From Myxococcota bacterium (GTDB lineage: Bacteria; Myxococcota_A; UBA9160; JAFDDA01), in contig OZ245817.1 in assembly GCA_965228475.1 (NCBI GenBank), positions 672,001 to 736,000 of the forward strand: a DNA stretch of 64,000 bases, in the 5' to 3' direction. Below are positions 8,985-19,419 of this stretch, in pieces; position 1 is the stretch's first letter; the number at the start of each line of letters is the position of its first letter. Position numbers and translations under genes: made by a program. The notes under the pieces were generated by a model. That model made no database searches. It saw nothing but the letters and a program-made list of their open reading frames with translations, and was not told where the DNA came from.

Positions 8985-9131
8985 GGCGGGGGAAGGGTAT
9001 TTCGCAGCAGGCGGCTGGTGATCTCTTGCAACGACGGCGTTTCGCACCGCCGAGCCCACTCGAACGTCCAGAGAAGCCCCGAAGCCCCCAGGCGGCCACA
9101 GCCGCCGGAGGCGAAATACCCTTCCCCCGCC
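8985..9131. repeat. 147-bp element bounded by a perfect 21-bp inverted repeat
   Basis: GGCGGGGGAAGGGTATTTCGC (8985-9005) and its reverse complement (9111-9131). Confidence 0.85.
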
Positions 9132-9151
9132 GTCCTCGTACCTCCTCTGCC

Positions 9152-9790
9152 TCAGGCCGCCCGAAGCCAAAGCCACGCATGGCTCAAGCTCGGGGTCAGC
9201 CGGAGCTGCGCGCCCCGGATCCGGCGCCGGTTCGGCCCGTCGCTGCGCTCCGCCAGCCCTTCGAGCCAGAGCGTCGCTTCCTCCTTCCGCCCCGAGCGCG
9301 CGAGCAGGCCCGCGAGATCGATCACGACCTCGGGCTCCCAGGGCGCGTAGGTGAGCGCTTCGCGAAGCAGGTAGACCGCCGCTGGGCGCTGGGCCCGGCG
9401 GCGCTGGTGTTTCCGTCCGCGCAGGAGTGCCTTCACCGCGGCCTTGGGCCGCCCCAGGCGGCGTTCGACGCGGGCGATGGCGAGCCAGGCGTCCATCTTG
9501 TCCGGGAGCCGCTCGGCGGCGTCGCGGAAGACGTCGAGGGCTTCGGCGTACTCGCCGGCGCGCTCGTGGCCGCGGGCGACCGCCCGGAAGGAGAGCCAGG
9601 CCTCGAAGGGCTGGCGGTCTTCGGCGAGGAGCGGCCCGAGCTCGCGGTGGACGTCGACGTTTCCGGGCTCGGCGACGAGCACCCGGCGGTAGAGCGCAAT
9701 CGCCCGCCGGCGCCGCCCGCGCCCGGCTTCCCGTGCTGCGGCGGCCAGCGCCTCGCGCCGGTCGTAGCGTTCGCGACGAAACCACCCCAT
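9152..9790 (-). CDS. Tetratricopeptide-repeat protein
   Basis: TPR-like helices (AIALYRRVLVAEPGNVDVH, EALDVFRDAAERLP, LLREALTYAPWEP). Confidence 0.7.
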   Translation of the reverse strand: MGWFRRERYDRREALAAAAREAGRGRRRRAIALYRRVLVAEPGNVDVHRELGPLLAEDRQPFEAWLSFRAVARGHERAGEYAEALDVFRDAAERLPDKMDAWLAIARVERRLGRPKAAVKALLRGRKHQRRRAQRPAAVYLLREALTYAPWEPEVVIDLAGLLARSGRKEEATLWLEGLAERSDGPNRRRIRGAQLRLTPSLSHAWLWLRAA

Positions 9791-9839
9791 CCCCGAGACG
9801 ATCGGCCCGCCGGGCCGCAGCCTCGGTGCTCGGGATCAC

Positions 9840-10463
9840 CTACTCCGGGGAGAGCGCCGCCAGGGCGAGCTGCATGGCGATCTGGAGGTCGCCCGAGACG
9901 TCGAGCTGGCCGCTCATGAAGGCGTTCTGGGGGTCGAGGCGGCCCGCGCGGAGGTCGTCGTAGATCGCCGGGCCGACCTTGATCTCCATGTCCGGCCTCT
10001 CGGGTACCGGCGTCTCGCCGAAGTGCACGCGGAAGGCAAAGCCCTCGTCGCCGGTGACCTCGAAGCCGATGCAGCCGCCGACGCCGCGCACGTTTTCGAG
10101 CCGCGAGCGCGTGAGCTTGAAATCGCCGGCGAAGCCCGCGAGGCCGCCGAGCAGGCCGAGGGCGGAGTCGCCGGCCTCGGAGGCGATCCGCTCGAAGGCG
10201 CGGCGGTCCTGCAGCACCGTCATGAGCAGGGGCTCCGAGGGAGCGTCGCCCGCGGCCATGGCGCCGTCGGTGACGTTCAGGAAGAACGTGCCGCCGGAAT
10301 CCCCGTCGACGTCGACCCGCAGCGTCGCGGACACGCCGCGCATTCCCTCGAGCACCTTCGCGGCTTCGTCGTCGCCCGCGGCGGCGGCCTCCTGCTCGGC
10401 CAGGGTCTCGTTCCACTGGGCGGGGACGGTCTTGGTATAGAACGTGCGCGGGTCGAGGCTCAC
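9840..10463 (-). CDS. SCP2 sterol-binding domain protein
   Basis: C-terminal GRLDPQNAFMSGQLDVSGDLQIAMQL SCP2 signature; GTG start with GAGGA SD just after the mltG stop. Confidence 0.8.
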   Translation of the reverse strand: MSLDPRTFYTKTVPAQWNETLAEQEAAAAGDDEAAKVLEGMRGVSATLRVDVDGDSGGTFFLNVTDGAMAAGDAPSEPLLMTVLQDRRAFERIASEAGDSALGLLGGLAGFAGDFKLTRSRLENVRGVGGCIGFEVTGDEGFAFRVHFGETPVPERPDMEIKVGPAIYDDLRAGRLDPQNAFMSGQLDVSGDLQIAMQLALAALSPE

Positions 10464-10471
10464 GGCTTCCT

Positions 10472-11497
10472 CTACTTGGACGGGGACTTCTTGCGCCGCC
10501 CGCGGCGCTGGAAGCGATCGACGTTGCGGTCGTGCTCGGCGTAGGACTTCGAGAACACGTGCGTGCCGTCGTTGCGGGAGACGAAGAAAAGGTAGGAGGA
10601 CTTCGCCGGCGCGACCACCGCGCGCAGGGCCTCGGCGCCGGGGTTCGCGATCGGGCCCGGCGGGAGCCCCGCAATCTTGTAGGTGTTGTACGGGTTCTCG
10701 CCGTTCTCGAGATCGCGGCGGCGCAGGTTGCCGTCGAAGTTCGGGATGCCGTAGATCGTGGTCGGGTCCGACTCGAGCCGCATGCCGCGCTCGAGCCGGT
10801 TGTGGAAGACCGACGCGATGAGCGGGCGCTCGACCGCGGCGCCGGTCTCCTTCTCGACGATGGAGGCGAGCGTCACGACTTCGCGCATGGAGAGGTCGCG
10901 GGCCTTGGCGGCGTCGGCGACTTCGCGCCAGGTATCGAGGAAGTGCTCGATCAGGACGCCGACGACGGCGTCCGTCGGCATGCCGCGCGGGAAGCGGTAG
11001 GTCTCCGGGTAGAGGTATCCCTCGAGGCCGGGGCCCTCGACGCCGAAGCGCTCGGCGCTCTCCGGCGCCTCCACCACGGCGAGGAAGGCGGCCGCCTGCG
11101 CGACCCCGGCGGCCTCCATGCGCGCCGCGATCTCGCGCGCCGTCAGGCCCTCGGGGATCGCGACTTCGTAGGTCTTGACGCGGCCCTCGACGAGCACCGC
11201 GAGGATCTCCTCGGCACCCTGCGAAGGCGCCAGGGCGTACTCGCCGACCTGGAGCTTCCCGGCCTCCTCCCGCCAGCGGGCGAGCCACTCGAAGGCGCGC
11301 GCGTCGCGGATCACGCCGCGGGCGGCGAGCGTGGCCGCCACGTTCTTCAGCGTCGCGCCGCGCGCGACTTCGAAATCCACCGTTTCCTCGCTCGCGGACG
11401 CCGGTTCGAGCGCTCCGCGGAACCACGAGAGGCCGGCCAGCGCCGCGCCGCCCGCGAGACCCGCGAGCAGGACCAGAGCGAGGAGCACGCGCTTCAC
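10472..11497 (-). CDS. mltG: Endolytic transglycosylase MltG
   Basis: IPEG, LEGYLYPETY, LASIVEKET, VFHNRL, LESDPT, PYNTY..GLPPGPIANPG. Confidence 0.95.
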   Translation of the reverse strand: MKRVLLALVLLAGLAGGAALAGLSWFRGALEPASASEETVDFEVARGATLKNVAATLAARGVIRDARAFEWLARWREEAGKLQVGEYALAPSQGAEEILAVLVEGRVKTYEVAIPEGLTAREIAARMEAAGVAQAAAFLAVVEAPESAERFGVEGPGLEGYLYPETYRFPRGMPTDAVVGVLIEHFLDTWREVADAAKARDLSMREVVTLASIVEKETGAAVERPLIASVFHNRLERGMRLESDPTTIYGIPNFDGNLRRRDLENGENPYNTYKIAGLPPGPIANPGAEALRAVVAPAKSSYLFFVSRNDGTHVFSKSYAEHDRNVDRFQRRGRRKKSPSK

Positions 11498-11940
11498 GCC
11501 GACCGCTCCTCCGCGCGCACGGGCCGCTTCGCCTTGCGGCGCTCGAGGTGGGCGCGCAGCAGGATCGAGGCGGCCACCGCGTCGATCACGGCGCGCTGTT
11601 TCTTCCCCTTCCGGCCGGATTCCCGCAGGGCGCGCTCGGCTTCCACCGTCGTGAGCCGCTCGTCGAGGGTCGCGATCGGGAGGCCCGTGTTTTCGCCGAG
11701 AACCTTGGCGAACCGGCGCGCCCGCTCGGAGTCGTCGCCGCGCCGGCCGTCCATGTGCAGGGGCAGGCCCACCACGATCTCGCCGACCTCGTGGGTCTTC
11801 ACCAGCTCCGCGACGGCCGCCGCGTCGCGCACGTCCCCGCTGCGCTCGAGGGTGGTGAGCGGGGAGGCGATCACGCCGTCGGGGTCCGAGAGGGCCACAC
11901 CGATGCGGCGGCTGCCGAGGTCGATGCCGAGCACGCGCAT
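11494..11940 (-). CDS. ruvX: Holliday junction resolvase-like RuvX/YqgF
   Basis: LGIDLGSRRIGVALSD, VVGLP, DERLTT, IDAVAASILL. Confidence 0.95.
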   Translation of the reverse strand: MRVLGIDLGSRRIGVALSDPDGVIASPLTTLERSGDVRDAAAVAELVKTHEVGEIVVGLPLHMDGRRGDDSERARRFAKVLGENTGLPIATLDERLTTVEAERALRESGRKGKKQRAVIDAVAASILLRAHLERRKAKRPVRAEERSA

Positions 11941-11965
11941 GGGGCGAGACTAACGGAGTGGCGGT

Positions 11966-13603
11966 TCAGGAGCCCGCTTCGGGGCCGCCTTCGGGCGCGC
12001 CGCTCATGGCGCGGCGTGCGGCGACGGCGAGGCTCATGTCTTCGCCCGAGGCGACCTCGACGAGCGCCTCCCGGGCCGGTTCGCCGGGGAGCCGGCCGAG
12101 GGCAGCCACGGCCTGGAGCTTCAGCTCCTGGAGTTCCTGCCTTCGGAAGAAGCTCCGCTTGCGCAGGATGCGGCGGAGTTCGGGCACGGACTCTTCGCGG
12201 CCGAGCCGGCCGAGGGAGCGGATCACGGCGGTCGCCAGGCCGATGCGCCGCGCGCGGCGGGCGTCGCGCAGGGTGTCGGTGAGGGCGGTGGCCGCTTCCG
12301 CGCGGCCGGTGACGCCGAGGCAGTAGGCGCAGAGCGCCGCCACGTCTTCGCGGGAGCTCTCGAGGCCGTGGGTCAGCGCCGTCAGGGCCTTCTCGTTGCC
12401 GACGCGGGCCAGGGCGCGGGCCGCTTCCGAGCGCACGCCTTCGTCGCGGTGGTCGAGCAGGCGCGTGAGGGTGGGGACGGCGCGTTCGTCGCGGATCTCG
12501 CCGGCGATGCGCGCCGCGATGCGGGCCCGCTCCTCGGAGCTTCCCTCCATCGCGCGGCGGAGCGCCGGGGTCGCCGCGCGCCCGAGGGCGATGGTGATGC
12601 CGAGCAGCTCTTCGCGCTTCTGGCCGTCGTGCTGGACGTCGATCGCCGAAAGCAGGGCCGTGGCCACGTCGCCCGCGAGCTGGAGCAGGATCTCGGTGGC
12701 GCGGTGGTTCTCCTCGGCGTCGGCGCTGGTGGCGCGCGCGATCAGATCCGCCAGGCGCTTGCCGGTACAGATCTCGACGAGGGCCTCTCGAGCCTGCTTG
12801 CGCTGGGCCTCGCTCCGGTCGCCGCGTGCGCTGGCGTGGCGGGCGAGGGTGCGGAGGGTCTCGTCGGCGTGGCGCGTGGCGTCCGAAGCTTCCGGGGCGT
12901 CGGGCTCGGCATCGGGCCCCGCGTCGGCCTCGCGGGCGCGGTTCGCGGCATTCAGCTCGGCGACGACGGCCGTCAGGGCCTCCCCGTAGCGCTCGTCGTC
13001 CCGAGCGAGGCGCAGCCGCTCGAGGGCCGTGACCTCTCCTTCGAGGGCTTCGGCGGCGGGTTCGTGTGCCGGCGCCGCATCGTCTTCCTTCGCCTCGGGG
13101 TCGGCACCGATGGCGTCGCCGGCGGGCAGCGCGATCCCCACGCCGCGCTCGGGCAGGAAGCTCGCGGCCCCGCCGTGTTCGGCGACGGAGGCGGGGTCGC
13201 TCACGAGCAGCGAGACCAGCGCGCCGTAGGTCGGGGCATCGAGGCCGGGCTCGAAGCCGAGGCGGGGCAGTCCGCGTTCGCGCATGCGCCGGCCGAGCTC
13301 TTCGAGGCGGCCGCGTCCGAGGGGCGGGCCGTCGGCGGCCGCCCGCACGCCGGACTCGGCGGCGTGGAGTTCGAGGGCGCCATTGCGGTCGAGGTCCGTT
13401 CGCCAGGCGCGCCAGGCGCGGTCGACGGAGGGCGCCCGCCCGCCCGCGCCGCGCGTCTGGAAATCCTGCTCCCGCACCGCGCGCAGCAGCTCGACGCAAA
13501 GCGCCACGACATCATTGGGAGTGCGGGTCTGGCCCACGGTTCGATCGCGCTCCACGGCTGGGGCTCTCAAGGAGTCAGGAGAGTAGGAAGGTGGCAAATC
13601 CAC
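11966..13603 (-). CDS. HEAT/PBS-repeat protein
   Basis: C-terminal HEAT-like repeats (VRSEAARALARVG, AVIRSLGRLG, AVAALGRL); start codon uncertain. Confidence 0.7.
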   Translation of the reverse strand: MDLPPSYSPDSLRAPAVERDRTVGQTRTPNDVVALCVELLRAVREQDFQTRGAGGRAPSVDRAWRAWRTDLDRNGALELHAAESGVRAAADGPPLGRGRLEELGRRMRERGLPRLGFEPGLDAPTYGALVSLLVSDPASVAEHGGAASFLPERGVGIALPAGDAIGADPEAKEDDAAPAHEPAAEALEGEVTALERLRLARDDERYGEALTAVVAELNAANRAREADAGPDAEPDAPEASDATRHADETLRTLARHASARGDRSEAQRKQAREALVEICTGKRLADLIARATSADAEENHRATEILLQLAGDVATALLSAIDVQHDGQKREELLGITIALGRAATPALRRAMEGSSEERARIAARIAGEIRDERAVPTLTRLLDHRDEGVRSEAARALARVGNEKALTALTHGLESSREDVAALCAYCLGVTGRAEAATALTDTLRDARRARRIGLATAVIRSLGRLGREESVPELRRILRKRSFFRRQELQELKLQAVAALGRLPGEPAREALVEVASGEDMSLAVAARRAMSGAPEGGPEAGS

Positions 13604-13835
13604 CCCGAAACACCCCTGTGCGATCGGTCAGGCAGGGAGAAAGCTGTAACCCGGCCTGGTTTCGCCCTTGACGCCGGGCGCAGCCGACGGCTATCAAAAT
13701 GGGGTCGTCCGGCCTCAATCCCTCCCTCCCCAGAGGCTGCACAGGCGACACCTCTGCGGTCCCGGGTGACAGCGTCATCGAACCGTCGGCTTGCCATCGC
13801 TGCGATTCCAAGAAGCCTCGGCCTGGAGTGTCCGA

Positions 13836-14318
13836 ATGAGGCCGCTGGCCCTCATTCTGGCAACCGTCGGCGTCGGCTATCTGCCGGGCGCCCCGGGCAC
13901 GTACGGGGCCCTCGTGGCGGTGGGCCTCGGCTGGGCGGCGCTGGCCGCCGGGATCTCCTGGCCCCTCTACCTGCTGGCCACTCTCGCGGTCTCCGCGGCC
14001 GGGGTCTGGGCCGCCACGGAGGCCTGCCGGGCCTGGGGCACCCACGACGACGGGCGCGTGGTGATCGACGAGGTCGCCGGCCAGCTCCTGGCGTTCCTCC
14101 CGCTCTTCTTGTTGCCGAAAAGCAGCAATTTTTTTCCGGCCCTCGTGACCGGATTCGTCCTGTTCAGGCTGTTTGATATCGCCAAGCCGGGCCCGGTGCG
14201 CTGGGCCGAGCGCCGCTTCCCGGACGGGGTGGGCGTCATGGCGGACGACCTGGTCGCCGGGCTGCTGGCGGCGGCGCTGCTCGGGGTGGGGATGGTCGCG
14301 TGGGGAGGGTCTTCATGA
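13836..14318 (+). CDS. pgpA: Phosphatidylglycerophosphatase A
   Basis: GYLPGAPGTYG, VVIDEVAG, FVLFRLFDIAKP, GVMADDLVAG. Confidence 0.93.
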   Translation: MRPLALILATVGVGYLPGAPGTYGALVAVGLGWAALAAGISWPLYLLATLAVSAAGVWAATEACRAWGTHDDGRVVIDEVAGQLLAFLPLFLLPKSSNFFPALVTGFVLFRLFDIAKPGPVRWAERRFPDGVGVMADDLVAGLLAAALLGVGMVAWGGSS

Positions 14319-14381
14319 GGGGAACGGTCGCTTGAGCGCAGAAGTGGGCATGAGGGGAACAGTCGTTTGAGCGCAGAAGTG
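14314..14381 (+). repeat. Tandem 33-bp duplication (2 mismatches, 35-bp period) spanning the cinA translation start
   Basis: CATGAGGGGAACGGTCGCTTGAGCGCAGAAGTG (14314-14346) and CATGAGGGGAACAGTCGTTTGAGCGCAGAAGTG (14349-14381). Confidence 0.9.
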
Positions 14382-15647
14382 CTGACCATCGGGGACGAGC
14401 TGCTGCGCGGCGAGATCGTCGATTCGAACAAGTCGTTCCTCTCGGACCGGCTGCTCTCCCTCGACATCGAGACCCGCTTCCACGGCTCCGTGCGCGACGA
14501 CCCGGAGGACATGACGGATGCCTTCCGGCGCGCCGCCGAGCGCAGCGAGATCGTGCTGGTCTCCGGCGGGCTCGGGCCCACCCGCGACGACCTCACCATC
14601 GAGATCCTCGCCCGGACCTTCGGGCGCGAGCTCGTGCTCGACGAAGCCTCCCTCGAGGCCATCCGCGCCTTCTTCGCGCGCTTCGGCCGCACCATGGCGA
14701 AGAACAACGAGAAGCAGGCCTGGCTGCCCGAGGGCGCCGAGGCCCTGCCGAACCCGGTCGGTACGGCGCCGGGCACCCACCTGCGCGTCGAGGGGACGTC
14801 CTTCTTCTGCATGCCGGGGATCCCGCGCGAGCTCCACTTGATGATGGACGAGCAGGTGCTGCCGCGCATCGCGGCCGGGCGCGAAGGCGGGCGCGTCGTG
14901 CGCTCCCGCTTCCTGCGCACCTTCGGCCTCGGCGAGTCGAACCTCGACGAGCTGCTCGCGGACATCGCCCAGGACGGCGACGTCACCCTCGGCTTCCGCA
15001 CCGCGTTCCCGGACAACCACCTGCGCCCGCTCACGCGCGGCGCGAGCGCCGAGGATGCCGACGCGAAGCTCGAGCGGGTCGTGGCGGTCGTGCGCGAGCG
15101 GCTCGGCGTGATGGTCTACGGCGAGGGCGACGAGACCCTCGAGGAGGTCGTCGGTGGCCTGCTCGCCCGCGCGGGGCAGACCGTCGCGGTGGCCGAGAGC
15201 TGCACGGGGGGGCTGCTCGCCGAGCGGCTCACGCGCGTGCCGGGCAGCTCGGGCTGGTTCCTCGGCGGCGTGGTCTCCTACGCGAACTCGGCCAAGGCGG
15301 GCCTGCTCGGCGTCCCCGAGGCGATGCTCGAAGCGCACGGTGCGGTCTCCGAGCCGGTGGCCCAGGCCATGGCGGAGGGCGTTCGCGAGCGGCTCGGTAC
15401 GGACTTCGGCGTCGCCACCACGGGCATCGCCGGGCCGGACGGCGGCAGCGAGGAGAAGCCCGTCGGCACCGTCTGGATCGCCGTGGCGGATGCTTCGGGC
15501 GCCGCCGCGGAGCGCTTCGTCTTCCCCTTCGACCGGGAGCGAAACCGCCAGGTCACGGCCCACGTCGCCCTCGACTGGGTGCGCCGCTCGCTGCTCGGCG
15601 AGCCGCTCGTGGCCCCGCGCTATCTGCGCACGGAAGGGGGCAACTAG
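14367..15647 (+). CDS. cinA: Competence/damage-inducible protein CinA (MoCF + PncC domains)
   Basis: [57 protein letters not shown] start. Confidence 0.95.
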   Translation: MSAEVLTIGDELLRGEIVDSNKSFLSDRLLSLDIETRFHGSVRDDPEDMTDAFRRAAERSEIVLVSGGLGPTRDDLTIEILARTFGRELVLDEASLEAIRAFFARFGRTMAKNNEKQAWLPEGAEALPNPVGTAPGTHLRVEGTSFFCMPGIPRELHLMMDEQVLPRIAAGREGGRVVRSRFLRTFGLGESNLDELLADIAQDGDVTLGFRTAFPDNHLRPLTRGASAEDADAKLERVVAVVRERLGVMVYGEGDETLEEVVGGLLARAGQTVAVAESCTGGLLAERLTRVPGSSGWFLGGVVSYANSAKAGLLGVPEAMLEAHGAVSEPVAQAMAEGVRERLGTDFGVATTGIAGPDGGSEEKPVGTVWIAVADASGAAAERFVFPFDRERNRQVTAHVALDWVRRSLLGEPLVAPRYLRTEGGN

Positions 15648-16231
15648 TGGGTGACGTCCGTGCCTTCTTCGCCGTCGAGCTCGGCGCATCGCTCGACGAG
15701 GCGGCCCAGCGCGGCATCGAGACCCTGCGTGAGCGGGCGGGGGAGGGCGCCCGGGGCCTTCGCTTCGTGCGCACGGAGTCTCTGCACGTGACGCTGCGCT
15801 TCCTCGGCGACGTCTCCGTGGAGCGGCTCGGCGAGCTCGTCGCGGCGGTGCAGAAGGAACTCGCTTCGACGCCGGCGTTCCCGCTCTCGCTGGGCGGCCT
15901 GGTGGGCTTCCCGAACCCGCAGCGCCCCCGCGTACTGGCCTTCGAGGCGTTCCCGGCCAAGGCCCTCTCGCGCGCGGCGGCGGCGGTCGAGCGCGGCGTG
16001 GTCGCGGCGGGCCTCCCCGCCGAGGAGCGCCCCTTCCGGCCCCACCTCACGCTGGCGCGCGTGCGCGGCGGCGCGCCGTCGCTCGAGGGCATCGACGCCT
16101 CGGGCGCCGAGCCCTGTGAAGTCCGCGAGGTCGTCTTGCTGCAAAGCGAGCTCGGCCCCGAGGGCGCCCGGTACACCCCGCTCGAGCGATTGCCGCTCGG
16201 CGGACGCGATTCGAACGAACCCCGTCTCTAA
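15647..16231 (+). CDS. thpR: RNA 2',3'-cyclic phosphodiesterase (2H family)
   Basis: Two HxT motifs ([18 protein letters not shown]); between cinA and recA. Confidence 0.92.
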   Translation: MGDVRAFFAVELGASLDEAAQRGIETLRERAGEGARGLRFVRTESLHVTLRFLGDVSVERLGELVAAVQKELASTPAFPLSLGGLVGFPNPQRPRVLAFEAFPAKALSRAAAAVERGVVAAGLPAEERPFRPHLTLARVRGGAPSLEGIDASGAEPCEVREVVLLQSELGPEGARYTPLERLPLGGRDSNEPRL

Positions 16232-16243
16232 AGGAGAATGATC

Positions 16244-17359
16244 ATGGCCAAGTCCAAGCACGCTGGAGCAGACCGAAGCAACGTCACGAACCTGAGCAAC
16301 AGCAACCCGGACATCCGCAAGAAAGCGATCGATCTGGCGGTGTCGACCATCGAGAAGCAGTTCGGCAAGGGCTCGATCCAGACCCTCGACGGCGACGGTG
16401 TGGACCGCGACGTCGATGCCATCTCGAGCGGCTCGCCGAGCCTCGACATCGCGCTCGGGATCGGCGGCTACCCGCGCGGGCGCGTGGTCGAGATCTACGG
16501 CCCGGAGTCGAGCGGCAAGACGACGCTGACGCTGCACGCGGTGGCGGAGTGCCAGAAGAAGGGCGGCGTGTGCGCCTTCGTGGATGCGGAGCACGCCCTC
16601 GACGTCGGCTACGCGCGCAAGCTCGGCGTGAACGTCGAAGACCTGCTGGTCTCCCAGCCGGACACCGGCGAGCAGGCCCTCGAGATCGCCGACGTGCTGC
16701 TGAAGAGCGGCGCCATCGATCTCGTCGTGATCGACTCGGTGGCGGCCCTCGTGCCGCGCGCGGAGATCGAGGGCGAGATGGGCGACACCCACGTCGGCCT
16801 GCAGGCGCGGCTCATGAGCCAGGCCCTGCGCAAGCTCACGGGCACGCTCGCGAAGTCGAACGCCACGATCATCTTCATCAACCAGATCCGCATGAAGATC
16901 GGTGTCATGTTCGGCAACCCGGAGACCACGAGCGGCGGCAACGCGCTCAAGTTCTACAGCTCCGTGCGGCTCGACGTGCGGCGCATCGGCGCGATCAAGG
17001 ACGGCGATGCCGTGGTCGGCAACCGGACGCGCGTGAAGGTGGTGAAGAACAAGGTGGCGCCGCCCTTCCGCCAGGCCGAGTTCGACATCCTCTACAACGA
17101 GGGCGTCTCGCTCGAGGGCGACCTGCTCGACCTCGCCGTCGAGGCCGACATCGTCGAGAAGAGCGGCTCCTGGTTCTCCTACGGCAGCGAGCGCATCGGC
17201 CAGGGCCGCGAGAACGCCCGCCGCTTCCTGAAGGAGAACCCGGACATCTCCGCCACCATCGCCGAGAAGGTCTTCGCCGAGAAGGGCCTGAAGCGCCTGG
17301 TGCCGGCGGTGGAGGAGGGCGCCAAGGACGACGCGGAGCCCGCCGCCGCCGAGGCTTGA
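16244..17359 (+). CDS. recA: Recombinase A
   Basis: [51 protein letters not shown]. Confidence 0.99.
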   Translation: MAKSKHAGADRSNVTNLSNSNPDIRKKAIDLAVSTIEKQFGKGSIQTLDGDGVDRDVDAISSGSPSLDIALGIGGYPRGRVVEIYGPESSGKTTLTLHAVAECQKKGGVCAFVDAEHALDVGYARKLGVNVEDLLVSQPDTGEQALEIADVLLKSGAIDLVVIDSVAALVPRAEIEGEMGDTHVGLQARLMSQALRKLTGTLAKSNATIIFINQIRMKIGVMFGNPETTSGGNALKFYSSVRLDVRRIGAIKDGDAVVGNRTRVKVVKNKVAPPFRQAEFDILYNEGVSLEGDLLDLAVEADIVEKSGSWFSYGSERIGQGRENARRFLKENPDISATIAEKVFAEKGLKRLVPAVEEGAKDDAEPAAAEA

Positions 17360-17484
17360 TGCCGGCCGGTCCGGGGGGCGCAGCGGCCGCTCCCCGGGCC
17401 GGATCGGTCAGTCTTGCTCGGTCAGAATTTCCGAAACGCCGGCGCCGCCTCGCTGCGGGCCGCCGAGTGCTCCCTTTCGAGCCA

Positions 17485-17500
17485 TGGCACGGCCCTTGCT
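17485..17500 (+). promoter_or_regulatory. Sigma-54 (-24/-12) promoter
   Basis: TGGCACGGCCCTTGCT matches the TGGCACG-N4-TTGCW consensus, 35 nt upstream of the ATG at 17536. Confidence 0.75.
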
Positions 17501-17535
17501 CTTCCCACGACACAACTTTGTGGGAGGAGTGAGAC

Positions 17536-17853
17536 ATGAAGTGGACCCAGTGGAGCGGATTGTTGGTGGCCGGGCTGTTCGTGCCCGCCACGGTGATCGC
17601 CTGCTCGCCGCAGGACACGCACGAGGAATCGAGCGCCGTCCTCGAGGCGCCGGCGACGACCCTGGCGGATGCCGCCGAGGCCGCCGAGAAGAAGGCCGAG
17701 GAAGCCGCCGACGCCATGGAAGCGGCCGGCGAGCGGATCGAGCAGGCCGCCGAAGAGGCCGGTGAGGCCATCGAAGGCGCGGCGGACGAGGCGGCCGAAG
17801 CCGCCAAGGACGCCATGGACGAGACGCCCGACGTGGCGGCCCCGGCCTCCTAG
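17536..17853 (+). CDS. Small Ala/Glu-rich lipoprotein
   Basis: Signal peptide with VIA-C lipobox, then low-complexity acidic AAEE repeats; GGAGG SD. Confidence 0.75.
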   Translation: MKWTQWSGLLVAGLFVPATVIACSPQDTHEESSAVLEAPATTLADAAEAAEKKAEEAADAMEAAGERIEQAAEEAGEAIEGAADEAAEAAKDAMDETPDVAAPAS

Positions 17854-18160
17854 CCGACGTCCCATCCTCCAGTGCCGACGGACACGACGCGTTCCCCAGA
17901 GCCGCGGTCCCGTCGGGGTGCCCCTGGAGGACGGCGAGCGCGGCGCCGGGATGTCGCCGCGCTCGCCCCATCTTTTCCGCCCGGCCCTAGGGGGTTCGCC
18001 CGAGGCGCGGGCGGAGACCGGCCTGATCCCGGGGCCCTCTCGCTGGAGCTGCCGCTCCGCGAGGCCCCCGGATCCGGTTCCCCTGACTCAAGAAACCGCG
18101 CCCATCGGTCGAAACGACCCGTGGAACCCTGGACTTCCGAGCTGGAGACGCAGGCGCGCG

Positions 18161-19351
18161 ATGGCTTTCGACCTGAACGAGATCTTGAAGGTCGCCCTGA
18201 AGGGCGGCGCGTCGGACATCCACCTGAAGGCGGGCCTGCCGCCCATGTTCCGCGTGGACGGCATGCTCGTCCCGCTGAAGAACGGCGAGCGGCTGCCGCC
18301 CGGCGAGATCGAGAAGTGCGCCCTCGGGCTGATGAACCCGGTGCAGCGCGCGCGCTTCGACGAGTTCCACGAAGCGGACCTGGCCTACGGCCTGCCCGGC
18401 GCCGGGCGCTTCCGCGTGAACGTCTTCCAGCAGCGCGGCAGCATCGGCATCGTCTTCCGCGTGATCCCCTTCAACATCCAATCGATCGAGAACCTGCACC
18501 TGCCGAAGGTGGTCGAGTCGATCTCGATGGAGAATCGCGGCCTCATCCTGGTGACGGGAACGACCGGTTCGGGCAAGTCGACGACGCTTGCTTCCATGAT
18601 CAATCACATCAACATGAACCGGACGTGTCACATCATCACGATCGAGGACCCGATCGAGTTCCTGATCAAGGACCGCCGCTCGATCGTGAACCAGCGCGAG
18701 ATCGGCGTCGACACGAACACCTTCGCCCACGCCCTGCGCGCCGCCCTGCGCCAGGACCCGGACGTGATCCTCGTCGGCGAGATGCGCGATTTCGAGACCA
18801 TCGAGACGGCCATCACCGCCGCCGAGACCGGCCACCTCGTCATGTCGACGCTGCACACGCTCGACGCGGTCGAGACGATCAACCGCATCATCTCCGTCTT
18901 CCCGCCGCATCAGCAGAAGCAGATCCGGCTGCAGCTCGCCTCGATCCTGAAGGCCGTGATCTCCCAGCGCCTCGTGCCCCGCGCCGACGGCAAGGGCCGC
19001 GTGCCCGCCCTCGAGGTGCTCGTCACCACCGCCCGCGTGCGCGAGTGCATCGGCGACAAGGACCGCACGAAGGAGCTGCACGACGCCATCGCCAAGGGCT
19101 TCACGACCTACGGCATGCAGAGCTTCGACCAGTCGCTCATGCACCTGGTGAAGCAGGACCTCGTCACCTACGAAGAGGCCCTCAAGCACGTCTCGAACCC
19201 CGACGACTTCGCGCTGCGCTTCCGCGGCATCTCCTCCACCTCCGACGGCAGCTGGGACGACTTCGACAAGGAAGCCGGCGAAGAGGAGAAGGCCGAGGAG
19301 AAGGCTCCCGAGGGCGGCGGCGGCGACGAGTTCGAGATCGATCGCTTCTGA
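18161..19351 (+). CDS. pilT: Type IV pilus twitching-motility ATPase, PilT family
   Basis: ASDIHLKAG, RFRVNVFQQRG, GTTGSGKST, TIEDPIE, ALRQDPDVILVGEMRD, AAETGHLV, GMQSFDQ. Confidence 0.92.
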   Translation: MAFDLNEILKVALKGGASDIHLKAGLPPMFRVDGMLVPLKNGERLPPGEIEKCALGLMNPVQRARFDEFHEADLAYGLPGAGRFRVNVFQQRGSIGIVFRVIPFNIQSIENLHLPKVVESISMENRGLILVTGTTGSGKSTTLASMINHINMNRTCHIITIEDPIEFLIKDRRSIVNQREIGVDTNTFAHALRAALRQDPDVILVGEMRDFETIETAITAAETGHLVMSTLHTLDAVETINRIISVFPPHQQKQIRLQLASILKAVISQRLVPRADGKGRVPALEVLVTTARVRECIGDKDRTKELHDAIAKGFTTYGMQSFDQSLMHLVKQDLVTYEEALKHVSNPDDFALRFRGISSTSDGSWDDFDKEAGEEEKAEEKAPEGGGGDEFEIDRF

Positions 19352-19419
19352 GTCCGAGACCGTTCCGACGCCGATGCGCCGCTTCTAGCGAGCCCGCTCC
19401 CGGGCGCTACGCTCTCACC

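Noticed and set aside
13620..13835. LexA box, riboswitch or ncRNA upstream of pgpA-cinA-recA
   Set aside because: Only a TTGACG and a weak AACC-N6-GGTT near-palindrome; no recognisable SOS box or riboswitch consensus.
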